NCBI GenBank assembly: GCA_039545335.1
Contig: BCIN01000002.1
Location: 620,001 to 684,000 of the forward strand
Direction of reading: 5' to 3'
Origin: Kondoa subrosea
Taxonomy: Eukaryota
Length of the DNA: 64,000 bases
Shown here: positions 1-12,696 of the stretch, in pieces
Layout of the letters: each line of letters begins with the position of its first letter
How positions within the stretch are numbered: the first letter of the stretch is position 1
The notes under the pieces: generated by a model
Seen by the model: the letters and a program-made list of their open reading frames with translations, nothing else
What the model was told of the DNA's origin: nothing
The model's database searches: none
Program-made: the position numbers and the translations under genes

Positions 1-398
1 ATCGAGAGGGCCGAGAACACTACAGACTGGACATGCCTGTAAAATGGACACAATTTGCATTGCAAGAGACATCAAGTTGAGATACCCTGCATGCAAGCCG
101 AAGCTGCATTGAACGGACAGAAAAGATGCGGTATTGATCTTGTGGGCAGAACCAAATGAGGCAGGAGAGGCATGTCATGTTGCTTAACTTTGTCAAACTG
201 ACTGCAAGCATCTCTGGGTGAACGTCTACGAATTGTGCTCGTGATGAAGGATGAGCGATATCAGTCAATGTACATATGAAGAAAAATGGAAGTCTACAAT
301 TCGTTGAATTCAGTCATCGTGTTTAACTTCGAGTTTGAAATGACACTAACCTCCGACGTCCGCCTTGCTGGACTCTTTCTGCGTCGGATCGCGATCGC

Positions 399-2688
399 AT
401 GTTAGCATGCGCCTTCCAAAGGCTAGCTGTACGTGGGCTAGCAGCACCTCGTCTACCTGTGCAAGCAAGATTGTTGATACCATTTCCGCGAATACAAGCC
501 TTGAGCTCTAGATACCTTGCGACAGCTGCTCCTAAGCCATCAACAGGTCGACATACACGGATAGCACGAAGAAGAAGACGTGCTTTGGCTTCTGTTCTCG
601 TCGCATTAGGCATTGGATTTTCAGCCTACCAACTTTCTGAACCTTTTCGACACTTTGTGATTGCTATCGAAAGATGTTCTGTTGTGGCCTGGGCTGTTAC
701 GTTGAATGTGATCGATTACAAGTACTTGTTTTGGCGAACTTGGCCTGGAGAGGAAGAAGGGGATGCCACTGAGAGAGGCAGGCAAGCTAGGAAGGAGAGA
801 CATGAGTCTTATAGCAGTACACATACTCGATGTGCTAAACGTGTTCTCAACGCTTTACGCAAAGTAGGCCATTGCGATGAAAGCACTCCAACTGTGCTGA
901 TCATTTCATGTAGAATGGAGGCATCTACATTAAGCTAGGACAGCATATATCATCTATTCAACTCATACCGACTGAATGGGCTTCAACAATGCGGCCTCTT
1001 CAAGATCAATGCAATCCTACCTCATTACCAGAAATCTCTGCACTCTTTCTTTCCGATGTCGGACAATCTATAAGAGATCTCTTCTACGACTTTGATCCAA
1101 ACCCTATTGGAGTAGCGTCGCTGGCTCAAGTACATATCGCAACAGATCGAGAAACAGGCAAGAAAGTAGCAGTGAAAATCATGCATCCAGAATTAGAAGA
1201 TTTCGCAGCAGTAGATATGAAGACTACAACTCTATCCCTTAAAGTGATCAAAACTATTTTCCCTGCTTTTGAGTTCGAATGGCTAGGTCAAGAAATGGAA
1301 GAAAATTTACCACTCGAGATGGATTTCAGACATGAAGCTGCCAATGCTGAAAGGTGCAGAAGAGATTTCAAAGATCTGCCTCAAACGACTTGTGTAATAC
1401 CTCAAGTACTTTGGGCCAAGAAAAGGGTTCTGGTTATGGAATTCATTGATGGTGGAAGAGTCGATAATTTGGAATATCTAGCGAAACACAACATCGATCG
1501 GAACAGAGTCAGTCAAGAGCTTGCCCGGATATTCAGTCAAATGCTGTACTTGAATGGGTCAGTTTTTCCGTTCGTTGCGAGAGCCATACTTAGCTATAGT
1601 GTGTAGCTTCTTTCACGCTGACCCAGTGAGCATCTACTTATTCCTTGAAGAATATGGCGATTGAGTAGTGTCTTCAGCATGCTGGGAATCTCCTCATTCG
1701 ACCTGCTCAGCCCGGCACAAGATCACCGTATAATTTTGAAATCGTCCTGCTAGATCATGGTAAGCATATAGATTGTGTACAGGAAAGTAGCTGATCAATC
1801 TACAGGATTGTACTTTGATCTGTCAGACCATATTCGGTGAGTGAATGGTAGTACTCGATGGCTTTTATCCAATCAGAAGATTACAGTACAAATTATGCTC
1901 GGTTATGGCTAGCTCTGATTTCTCCTTCGACGAAGAAAACTGAAGCTGATCGAAGGCATTATGCTAAACTTGTCGGCAATGTGAGCTCTTGCGATTCTCG
2001 CAATGCCTTATCTTTCGCTTATTGACAAAGCAGATCGACGAAGATATGTATTTGATTTTCCAAAGCGCCATCACTGGTCGGTCATCAGCCAATAGCACAA
2101 ATGAGCAAGGAGAAGAAGTACCTTTGGAGTTCAGCTTGATGGAAATGAAGCCTCAAACTGCGGACGAGGCGAAATTGATACGAAATACTATAGTCAGGCA
2201 TCATTTCTTCCTTCTCAATGGTAGACTAATATCTAAAATAGGTCACGGATGGCTTCATCTTGAACATCTTTGATCTGCTCAGAAGAGTGCCGAAACGGCT
2301 TTTGATGATTCTGAAGTTAAAGTGAGTTGATGATTGTCCTCTTATGGATAGTTCATTGACAGCATCTCGTAGCGATTTGACTAGATCACTTGATCAAGCT
2401 TTGCAGACTACTCACGGCGTGCGAGTTTGGCTGAGTAAGTTCTCTTGATCGATCTGTATGAACGTACTGACATGTTGTGCAGTTGTCGCGCATTACTGTG
2501 CCTTTGCGGCTTGGCTGGACGATATACACAACTTCAAAGAAAGATACAGAACTCAAGGATTCAGCTTTAGCCTTTTCTGTTCAGCGCTGAAGGATTGGTC
2601 TAGCTGGCAGAGATGGCAGTACAGTTTGTGGTTTTACAGTAAATATTTAGATGCGAGAGTAGCGCTAGGGAGAGCAGTACCTATGTAA
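399..2688 (+). CDS. ABC1/ADCK (UbiB-family) atypical protein kinase, ADCK1/Mcp2-like, probably mitochondrial; multi-exon
   Basis: Spliced model gives NGGIYIKLGQH, PIGVASLAQVH, VAVKIMHP, LPLEMDFRHEA, HADP|HAGN and LLDHG motifs; Arg-rich presequence-like N-terminus followed by a hydrophobic segment. Confidence 0.9.
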
Positions 2689-2732
2689 TCAATGCGGGAA
2701 ATACATAATGTTGTAATAACAGTACACTTGTG

Positions 2733-5418
2733 CTAGTCAGACCCAGGTTCAGGAAGCGGTGCAGACTCTTCATAATCAATCTCGATTGCATGAATCGCGC
2801 CGGCAGGAGCTTTCTTTGATTGCCAATACTTTTGCTTCGCTTGAGCTTTCGCCGAAAGTTTCGGTGCATCTGCATGAATCTGCAGGTCGTCGTCTGATTC
2901 CTCTTCCTCTAATTCTGTATCTCCAACGAACTCGATGTCTTCTGGAGCTGGAGATAGCCTCTTAGTCGATTTCGGTGTTGGCTTGGATGAAGCTGGCATC
3001 GCTGCTGATTTCTCTTTCGCTTGCTTTGGCTTCTTGGTCGCTGGGGTCGGCGGTGCAGAAGAATCCAACTTTGATGCCTTCTTCTTGCTACGAACGGAGT
3101 AGCGAGACTCCTCTTCACTTTCATCCAACGGAATATAGTCATTGTCTTTCTCATCATCCGAAGGCGGTAAGAATTGCGCAGCAGAGGAGAACTCTGCAAT
3201 CATACACATTAGTCAAGTTCAGCCATCGAATCCTGTAGGACTAACTTTTGGTAGAAGCACTAGCGCCATCTTGGGCTTTGTTCTTCTCGATCTTTTGCTT
3301 CTTAGCTGGAGTCGATTTCGTTGCTACATGGGGAGTTCTAGCTGCCACAGGAGATTGCAAATCAGATGATTGCAAAGGTCCTCCCCGAGCCAATTGTTTT
3401 GCCATATGCAGAACCATTTTCGCCTTGTTCTTGGTCACAGCGTTTTCAATTTCTGACCAAGCTTCTTGAACAGCCACGCCTGTCGCAACTCTCTTTCCAA
3501 CTTTAGATAACATTCGGCTGGCTTTCAGTTCCATCTTCTCGCTCTTTGTTGGCGCCGGTGCAGCTTCAGTATTTGCGGCAGGAGCATCTCCATTCGCTTC
3601 TTCAGCTTTCTCGGTTTTGGCTTTCTTCTTTTTCTTCTTGGGTGGTTTGACTTCGACTTCTGCGTCTTGAACTGGTACAGCATCAGCTTTCCGTTTACCC
3701 TTTCTATTCTGCAACTCTTCAAGCATAGACAATCCTTCTTCTCGTTTTGATTCTTGAACGGTAGTGGTAGTGGAAGAAGAAGTTGAAGCTATAGGTGTAA
3801 GTGGTGATTCGATTTCTTCACCTTCTTCCATTTCCTCCGATATTGACATCTCAGCAGATCCAGTAGGGGAAGTAGCTCTTTGCGAAAAAGATTTCTTCTT
3901 GACTAGTACAGGCATGGATAACCCTAATTCTTGCTGGACCAAACCACTTAAAGCTAATTCCGCATTCAAGTTCCTTGCTTGCGTGACTTCAGGATGCATT
4001 CCTATTATTGAACCCAAAAGTGATTGTTTGCAAGGATCATGAGATGCTGAAGTAGTTCTGGAAGTGGATTTTTGTCTTTCTCTCGAAACGGAAGAAGCTT
4101 CCAATAGAGCTTTTCGTTGGCATAAAGCAGCAGAAAGGAGTTCAAAAGCTCCGGAAAGAGATTGTCGTACTGTAAGAATGTTGTGCGAACCTCCGGAAAT
4201 ATCATTAGTTGTATCTTGTGGGTCTTCGATACTGAGCAAATAAGGTTGGTTTTGACGTTGCCAACCTTTGGCTACTTTGCTAAAGTAGCCTCCAGGTGGA
4301 CGAACTGTTACGCCTACAGCATCAAAGCTGCACAAAAGGATCAGAATGGTTACTGAAGAATGAATAAGCATAATGCTGACTTGAAATTTCGTCCGTATAG
4401 CTCAAGAAACTCTACCAAAAGGACACCAAGATTATGATTCGGATTAATAGCTTGCGTTTGAATCTTGGGATGTAGCTACAAGCCGTATATTAGTGCTAGC
4501 TTTCCACCTAGGTATTCGCATATTCACCTGAAGGAAAGAGACTACCATACATATGATGCTATAGCTTCCAAGACCTCCAGAGAAGACTTCGTTCAATCCT
4601 CGTTGCATGAGGAACGCTTTTACGACCATGATCAAACTCTTTGCTGCTACTTCACCAACATCGGCAATAAGTTTTTTGACTACTCGACCAGCGCTAGGAC
4701 CACCAGGTCGATTGATTGAGATATCGATAGCGAATTTTCCGTAGCAGGATTTGAATTTGATGACTGCTCAGAATAATCAGCTCTGCACATACGAAGACGC
4801 CGAATATACTAACTTGGTACGCGAGCTTTATGGATGACAACTATCTCTGTCGCTAGCCTTCGCGCGCGTAGTAAAGCGGCTATGGCGAACAAGCTGCTCT
4901 TCAACTTGCTAGGTTGTGGACCCATAGAATCGCATAGCACGACCAGATCGATGTCCCTGATTGATGCAATAGCGTTAAGACACCACAAATAGCTCATTAG
5001 AAACGTCAGCTTACCCAGAAGGCAAGTAAAGCTCAGTCTGAAAACTGCCAAACGGTTCCACAACAGCATCATCCCATCGATCTGAGATAGCCCTCCTTAT
5101 AGATTCGACTACAGCTATCCTGAGTGCATGCTCTGACTGAGTAGGAGTGATATAGTCGACGAAAGCAAGAATTTCGAGATGCAACTGTTTAGCAGCTGTA
5201 TCTGATTGATCCCAATCAACAGAACTGGTCCAAGGTGTGCTCCTGTTGATGTTACGCAAAGATCGCTCCTCCTCTCCGTCCAAGTCTGCATCGTCTGCTG
5301 ATCGCTTGTGCCCAGACGTTTTGCCCTTGCTGTTTTTTGATGCAGCTGGCGTTACGGGTTGAATGACATCCCCAAGTACATCGCTGAAGGATATAAAATC
5401 GCTGTCATCGAAGCTCAT
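2733..5418 (-). CDS. TRF4: Non-canonical poly(A) polymerase Trf4/Trf5 (TRAMP catalytic subunit) with long Lys-rich C-terminal tail
   Basis: PFGSFQTELYLPSG|DIDLVV nucleotidyltransferase motif, GGLGSYSIICMVVSFLQ and LSIEDPQDTTNDISGGS; a GTTAGT...GCAG intron joins the 3241 and 2733 ORFs in frame. Confidence 0.9.
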
Positions 5419-5827
5419 AGGAATCTCAAGGGTATCGTCTGAGACTCAGACCGTGCAGAAGCAAAACAGGGTCAAATGAAATTTGAAAATGCATGTTATC
5501 CCGAGCGGCCACTCGACTTTCTTAGCTATAAGCCATATGCAACACTTGTGGCATAGTAGGGGAGTCTCTGAGGCGTCCGAAGCCTCGTTCTGAAGCAACA
5601 TCTCCTGTTTCCTGCCGTGCATGTACTTCTTGATGATTCTGCCTCGCTGTAGAGATGAATCTCGCGTGAACCGCCCGGAGCATTGTCGTGGATGTTGACA
5701 GGCCTACCTGTTTCTTCTTAATCTTGAACCGCTCGTTTCTTGTCACTGAATTGTTCATCTCACTCCGAATCCTTATTCTTGTAGTCCCCTTGTCTGAGCC
5801 ATTCTTGCTACGATAATCTGCTCTATT

Positions 5828-7236
5828 ATGAAGACTACTTCTTCTTCACAACAGCCGTCACTTAGACTTTCACTCCGATTCAATCCACTGAGTAAATCTC
5901 ACTCTGACGTTTCTTTACGATCTCTTGTCAACGACACATCGCAACATTACAACACATCTACATATAAACAAAAAGTAAAGATGCCAGAACGAACCTTCTC
6001 AATTGATATACCTCAATACAATACCTTAACTAGATCTCAAAGTCGAACTTTACCTTCTCCAACTGATTCTGGGAAACGAACTCGAACTTTAACGACCCCG
6101 TATCAACAGCAACGCTTATGTGATCTGCTTGCAGAGGTCTGTGCTTTCTTCCTACTTGGCTTTGGAAGAAACATTCTCAAGGAAAAATGTCCTTGTTTGT
6201 TCAGACTGCTTTCCCAAGTACTAAGCAACGTACGGATCTAGGAGAGGAGATAGGCATGAGTGCGAGAAGAGTACAGGTGCGGATCTCTTTGCCCACTGTA
6301 ATTCCGCTTCATACAGAATTTCTAATATGTTCGCTCGCGTGGTAAAGGTGTGGTTTCAGAATAAACGACAAACATATAAGCGTAAACAAGGTGAAGAGCG
6401 ACTGTCCACTGGATCAGATCTATCTCAATCTGTGTGTCCTTCTGCTTATTTCCTTCCAAATCCAAAATTGATCTTTCGGTTTGCAGCCTCTTGGGTCGTC
6501 ATTGCGAAGATCAAGCTCAATAGCGGATCGCAATTCTGTTTCTCTGGCAGATATCTCCTCACCCTCAACAAGTTCTTCCTACTCATCTCAATCACCTCCA
6601 AGCAGGTTCACCAGCCCACGTCAACCTCTGACTCGAGAACCTTCCTACCGTAGCTCGACCTTCCAACTGCCTTCTTACGATTCCAGACCAATCCAACGAC
6701 CGTCCAATATCTCTTACACCTCTTACCGAGATCCATATCCAGCATCAGGAGAACTCGATTCACCCTCAACTCCATCAGGTACTTTTTCACCTTACTCCTC
6801 CTACAACTCCTCTTCTACTCCTATTGGATTATCGAAATCTCAATCCAATTATGATCTTTATTCTTCCACTTCTTCTTCAAGATTACCACCTATCGCTTCC
6901 CTCAATGCAGGTTTAGGAAACTCTTACTCTTATCCTTTGGATGGTTCTCAATCTCGTTATCCACCATTCAGCGAATCATCCAACTGCAGTAATCGATTCC
7001 CTTCCTATTCTTCCTCTGGTAATGCAGGAGGAGGAGATATGTTTGGGTCTTTAAGTTTGGGTGAAAGTTTTTCAAGGGAGAGAAGATTGAGTGGGTCAGC
7101 TGGAGGAGGAGGAGTCAGATTGCCGCCTGTTAGTAGTTTGATTGATGAGGTGGATGCTATGTGTATGCCGAGAAGTGAAAGAAGGTTGAGCAGAGGGTAT
7201 TCGGGAAGTGTCAGAACAACGAATGGTTTCTTTTGA
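5828..7236 (+). CDS. Homeodomain transcription factor (Q50 type) with Ser-rich C-terminus; start may instead be the ATG at 5981
   Basis: Splicing three exons gives KRTRTLTTPYQQQRLCDLLAE-TAFPSTKQRTDLGEEIGMSARRVQ-VWFQNKRQTYKRK. Confidence 0.88.
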
Positions 7237-7582
7237 AGATGAAGGAGGTTGTAGCGAGATGAAGAGTTGGAAGGAATGTACGAGATGAAGAGGGAAAAGT
7301 TCATGAAGTCAATCATTGATATATCCATTTGCAGCATGACTCGCATCTAGAAGTGTCAATTATAACAGTATAAGCATTCATCAGTATACCATAGAGTTTG
7401 AAAAGAAAAGCATTGAAATTGTAATCGAACACCAATCCCAAAAGAAACAGGAGTAGCATTTGCATTGCATGTGAATCGCTACTCACAACAGCTAAGAGAA
7501 TATGCGTGTAGAGATTACGAAAGTACGGTACTATTATATCCACAAATAGGAAACTTCTAATCTGCCATCGCAGCAGCAAGGT

Positions 7583-9710
7583 CTAAGCTGATCCGGTGGC
7601 TTCTTCAGTGTCCACAATATCTAAGATCTTTCTCGCCAACAGAATGATTTCGTTGTCTCCTTCATCATCTCCATCTTCGCTTGATTGCTGACTGACTGAA
7701 TCGCTTGGTCTTGGGCCATCTCCAGCAACAGAGGATGCTGCGGTACTTGTTCCAGGGTTGCTGAGCCTATTGACTAGCGGTAAGAGTTGCTGAGAAGAAC
7801 GAATAGAGGCTTCAAGTTTCGCGTCGCCTGATTCCAGCAATTGAACAATTGTCCACACCGCAATGTGCTGGAAGGTAGTGTCTGCTGATTCTAGGAATCG
7901 GACCAAGTAGCCATGAAGACCTCCAGCGGGTTCTTTCCAGACTGCATTGAATGCAGAGTAGTCGTCGGCTGTGCGGAAGGAAGTCACTCGAAAATCAACA
8001 CGAGTTGAATCTCCAGCGTTTATCCGCACCTTTCGAGGACAGATTACCAATAGCAGCCGCACTGTTGCCTTGTACTTCCACACTAGGCGAAGCAGTAAGA
8101 GGAATTAAGACTTCGCAAATACCCATTTCCAGAAGTTGACCCTTGATATCGTCTGTCAATCGTCGAAGACTGCAGATCAGAAAATATTCTGAATTTCAGC
8201 ATTCTTACTGACCGCTTAGACCCAATACAGCAGCACAAGCAGTCATCTCGCTCTGTACAGCCAAAGGCACATTCAAGACCAATTCCTTGATTCTGGCAAC
8301 AGCTCCAGCTTGAACGATCGCCAACTTATTCTTCTCACTTGAAGCAGCCAAATTACGAAGAGTAGAAATAGCATGACATTGGATCTCTTCGTTCTCGTCG
8401 TAAGCCAATAGATCAATCAAAGGGTTCAGGAAACCAGCTTCAATAATTGGAGATTCGTTATCAGGGTGAATAGAGACATTTCGGACACAAGCGGCAGCGG
8501 AAAGAATGAGTGGAAGGAAAGTGGATCTCAGTAGGCGTAGAAGAGGTGGTAGACCTTGATACCGGACGATTTCGATTTGATACTTCTCGTCCGATGCTAG
8601 ATTTCGTAGAGCTAGAGCAGCTTGACATTGGACTTTGAGGGAGGGCGAATCCATCAAGCCGATCAAGTTCTGTACTAGTTTCGGTTCATTGTTGGCTAAT
8701 TTGCGACGGTTGTTGCCATCCACCGCAATGTTGCTCAACGCTGTCGTGCAATAGTATTGAACATCGGTATCTGGTGAAGAAAGAAGGTGAACAAGAACTG
8801 GAATGGCGCCTGCGCTGACTAGTTGTTGTCGGTTCTCGTCTGTTAAACAACTTAGCGTAAATCTACAGCACTGATCGATAGTAGCTTACCGGAGTGAGTC
8901 ATGTTTAGCAGAGCGCCTGTTGCGTTCCTTTGCACTCTCATGTCCTTGCTTCTCGCTAACCTTGTCAGTGGGCCTAGAGCACCGCTTTGCGCAATCTTCG
9001 TCTTGTTCTCATCATGCGTGGCCAGGTTCGTGATACATCCGACAGCGTTGCACTGGACTTCAACATTGGGTGAAAGCATCTGTCGGATCAAAGGCTCCAA
9101 TCCTCCAAGCTTGACGATGAGAATCTTGTTATCCGTGTTAACTGCCAAATTTCCCAATGCTGCACTTGCTGCTCTTTGTACTTCCACATCATGCGATTGC
9201 AAAAGGAACATGATAGGTTCCAAAGTATCTCTTCCAACTTCACGTACATCCCTTGTTGCAAAGGGAGATCAGAAACATCTTTTGGATTGACGTAAATTTC
9301 GGCTCACTTCTCTGTAATTTCTGCGAACGCTAAAGCTGCAGATCGTTGCAGGTCTACGTTGTCGGAAAATGAAAGGGTAGTGAGAGATCTGAGGGGATCT
9401 CCAGCGAAAAAGTTGGTCTCAGAACGGTCTGTGAGCAGCGCATTCAGCTTCTTCATCCGTGCCCTCAAAGTGCTTGAAGCAGCCTACTCTCTAGATATTG
9501 TAGCAGATCAGCGACTGTACGCTGCTGTCAGCTTTTGTCAAGTGCATGAGAACGATCAAACTCGCCTGCTTCTCGCTGCATCCAAGGAACAGGATCAGAC
9601 TTTATATGACTTGCACATCCTGCTCTACTGACCTCATTCTCCAGTAATAGAGGCTCGTAATTGCCGTTTGAGCCTTTCCCACAGCCACAGCAGCTTGAAA
9701 CAGCACCCAT
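7583..9710 (-). CDS. VAC8: Vacuolar armadillo-repeat protein Vac8
   Basis: N-terminal [10 protein letters not shown] myristoylation/palmitoylation motif; ARM repeats [60 protein letters not shown]. Confidence 0.96.
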
Positions 9711-10323
9711 TCTTGTCGAAACCTTGCGATCGAGTGAGTCTGATGCCGAAGCTTGATACTACGCGCCACAGCAGGTCTACTTGACTAGCTTGAATAGGAT
9801 CTCGAAGACTGGCGCTTGTGTTCGAGAGATAGAATCGTTTGGAAGAAATGCTTCAAAGTCGCAAAACCGCAAACAGGGGTAAATGGCAAAGCACAGGTAT
9901 ACAGCTAGGACACGCTCAAGAGCTTCGCGCACTTGACTCGACGTAGGAAGGTAAGTTCGCAATGAAGCTTCTTTGGCTGCTTTACTTCGAAACAAAGACA
10001 TCCGCCGGAATGCTGTAAAGACATCCGAGTGCAATGAAGGAAGGCAGACAGCTCAGAGGTCACGTCTGAGACTATTTCCACAACTATCCCCTGAACACGC
10101 AGAGATCCTCTCTTGCCGCTCGCAAGTTGAGAATCACCCAGACGTACTGCAGTAGACTCGCAACACCACATGTCTCGCTATCCAGCCAAGTACGTCACTG
10201 TTGATCTTCCCACTCTTCGGTTTTCGTTAGCCTGCAAAGAAACAAAGTTTGAATCTGAAGTAAGCCGAATTGATAGTAAACTCACCTGCTTCCCACCATA
10301 TCGGTCCTAGCCTCATGCTTCTA

Positions 10324-12048
10324 TTACATGTCCAGAGCACTCAAAGCTTCAGCAACGCTTGCAAACACCTGTTTCTGACCAGTCTTCCTAAAAAGTACTT
10401 CAACTTTCCCTTCCTTTTCCCAACTCTTGCCCAAAATCATGACGTAGCTATACCCAACCAATTGAGCATCCATCATTCTTTTTCCAAAGTTCACATCATA
10501 TCGATCATCCAAAACAATCTCATCCTTTTCTTGTAAATTTTGCAACAACAGTACTTTCGATCTTTCAAGTATTTCAGATGAGAGTGGTAAGATGAGAAGT
10601 TTCCAAGGTACGACTGATTCAGGCCAAACGATTCCTTTTTCATCGCTTGATAATTCAGCAATCGCACCCAATAATCGAGTGATTCCAATCCCATAACAAC
10701 CCATTTCAAGATACACGGGAGAGGGAGTTTGGTTAGTTGAAGTCATTCGTGGTACTACTGTTGCGTTGAGTGGTTTGGAGTAAGTCGTGCCTAGGTGGAA
10801 AGTATGACCCATCTCGATTGCTGTTATGGATTCGAGAGGTGTCTTGCAGTCTTTGCAAAGGTACTCGTCGGGAGAAGAAGATGTGGGTAGTAGTTCGGAA
10901 TTGACGGTATAATCACATTTCTTGCAATGTAATATTTGGTCCTCGCCGACTGTCAGTACAGACATCAGCGATCTTGAATTAATTGACGTCCGAATGCCTA
11001 CTGGATGAAGGATAGTGGAATTCGTGCGATCTCGATCCTCCAATATTACCACTATCAGCTTGAGCCTGCTCGTGCGCTTTTAAAAGAGACTTCCCGATAT
11101 ATTGCAGATGAGCTCACAACAAGGTATGGTAATCCAATCCGATCAAAGATTCGCCTGTATGCTTGACGTACTTCTTCATACATGACAAGAGCTTCTTCTT
11201 CCGATGCAGAAAAAGTATAAAGATCTTTCATGATAAATTCTCGACCTCGAAGTATTCCAGATCTCGGTCGCGGTTCATCACGAAACTTGCGTGCTGCAGT
11301 ACAAAGTTGAGTAATTGAAATACAGGCTGAGTTGAAGACGAACTCGTTTGATATACTTTGATTGGTAAGCTTTTCCAGCTGACAATCTCTTTATGTACTA
11401 AAGCAGTGATTTCCTCTTCGAAAGTAGGTCCGAGTAAGAAATTTGACTTCTTACGGTCTTCCAGACGGAATAGCTAGCTGACGAAGATCATAATGAGCTG
11501 TTATTACTTTGGCTTAATAGGAAAACGCACCTCGCTGCCCATAGTTTTCCATCTCCCTGTTGTCTGCCAATGTTGCGCAGGAAGTAGAGAAGGTAAAGAT
11601 AGCTTGGAAGCGCCTTGGTGCAAGACTTCAGCTTGACGATGATTTTACAGCAATTATGCTATACCTATAGTTTGCATCTCATCGTCTATGATTCTTTCCA
11701 GCTTTGCCAATACTCGAAGACCATTTGGCAAGATAGAAAAGATTCCAGCAGAGGACTATCGACACATGAGTTCCGTTCCAGCTCTGTGGTACTGGACAGG
11801 CTAACCTGACGAAGGAAACCGCCATGCACTAAGAGAGAATAGCTGCGAAGTAGATTACTATCTGTGGGTATTGCATCTAGACGCAAAGTAGGGGAGAAGA
11901 GTTTAGACAGGCGTTGAACAGTTTCGGTTGAGATTGCTCGATAATGCAGGCAATTGATTAGCTGCTCTGTTGGCAGACGATTCCATGCGATGTTGCGAGT
12001 TCTGGTGCTCAGACTGAGCATTCCGGGTGATGGCTTCAAGTCAAGCAT
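10324..12048 (-). CDS. Mitochondrial prolyl-tRNA synthetase (AIM10/PARS2 type); start 12048 or 12021
   Basis: [89 protein letters not shown] and an anticodon domain (LDDR). Confidence 0.93.
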
Positions 12049-12696
12049 TTCGAATATTGTTTTCTCGAAACAGTCATGCCTTGGGTCGCATATCAGCTGC
12101 CTGAATGATACCCAGACATGTGCGAAGTGCGAATGCTACACCTGTGCCCTACAAGATTTCCAGATCATAGCCAAGATTGTTGACAATGTGATATTCAGGC
12201 TCTTGCCTTGATCTAACCTCAACCTTTTATACTCCTGTACTCTCATGTGCTGTGCCATGGCGCTCTCGTCCGCTTTGATCTCGGTCCTTGATTATATACT
12301 GCTCCGTTTTGCTCTGTTTTCACATCTTTGAAAGATGAGCTGCCAATCTTCGAACTGGCTTTCTAAGTACTTCTGCTCATGTTCAACATTGGTTACCAGC
12401 GCTCGCGCTTCCTGTGATTGATACTTATAATGTTCCTGAGCCGCTGCTCTACAGTTTCAACATTCCGCATATCATTTCCAAATTCTCCTGAACGGATTGA
12501 ATTGGGGCAGACAAGCAATATTTCAATCCAAAAGTCAAATAAGGTCCTACTCGGAAGTCCATCAACTGCTGGAGCTACTATAACGAAACCGCGTGCAAAG
12601 GAAACTTGTCCATCTTTCTCGGCCGGACTTCAAAAGAAATACCGATATTGATCATTTCAATAATTTGCCCCACATCTTTTTCAAAGCCATACCAAT

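Noticed and set aside
1..280. Possible 3' exons of a plus-strand gene entering from the left, or the 82-aa minus-strand ORF
   Set aside because: Several splice solutions fit and no motif is recognisable, so it cannot be called.
5828..7236. Homeodomain gene as a mating-type HD locus
   Set aside because: It is a single gene with no divergently transcribed HD partner; the divergent neighbour is TRF4 and there is no evident N-terminal dimerisation domain.
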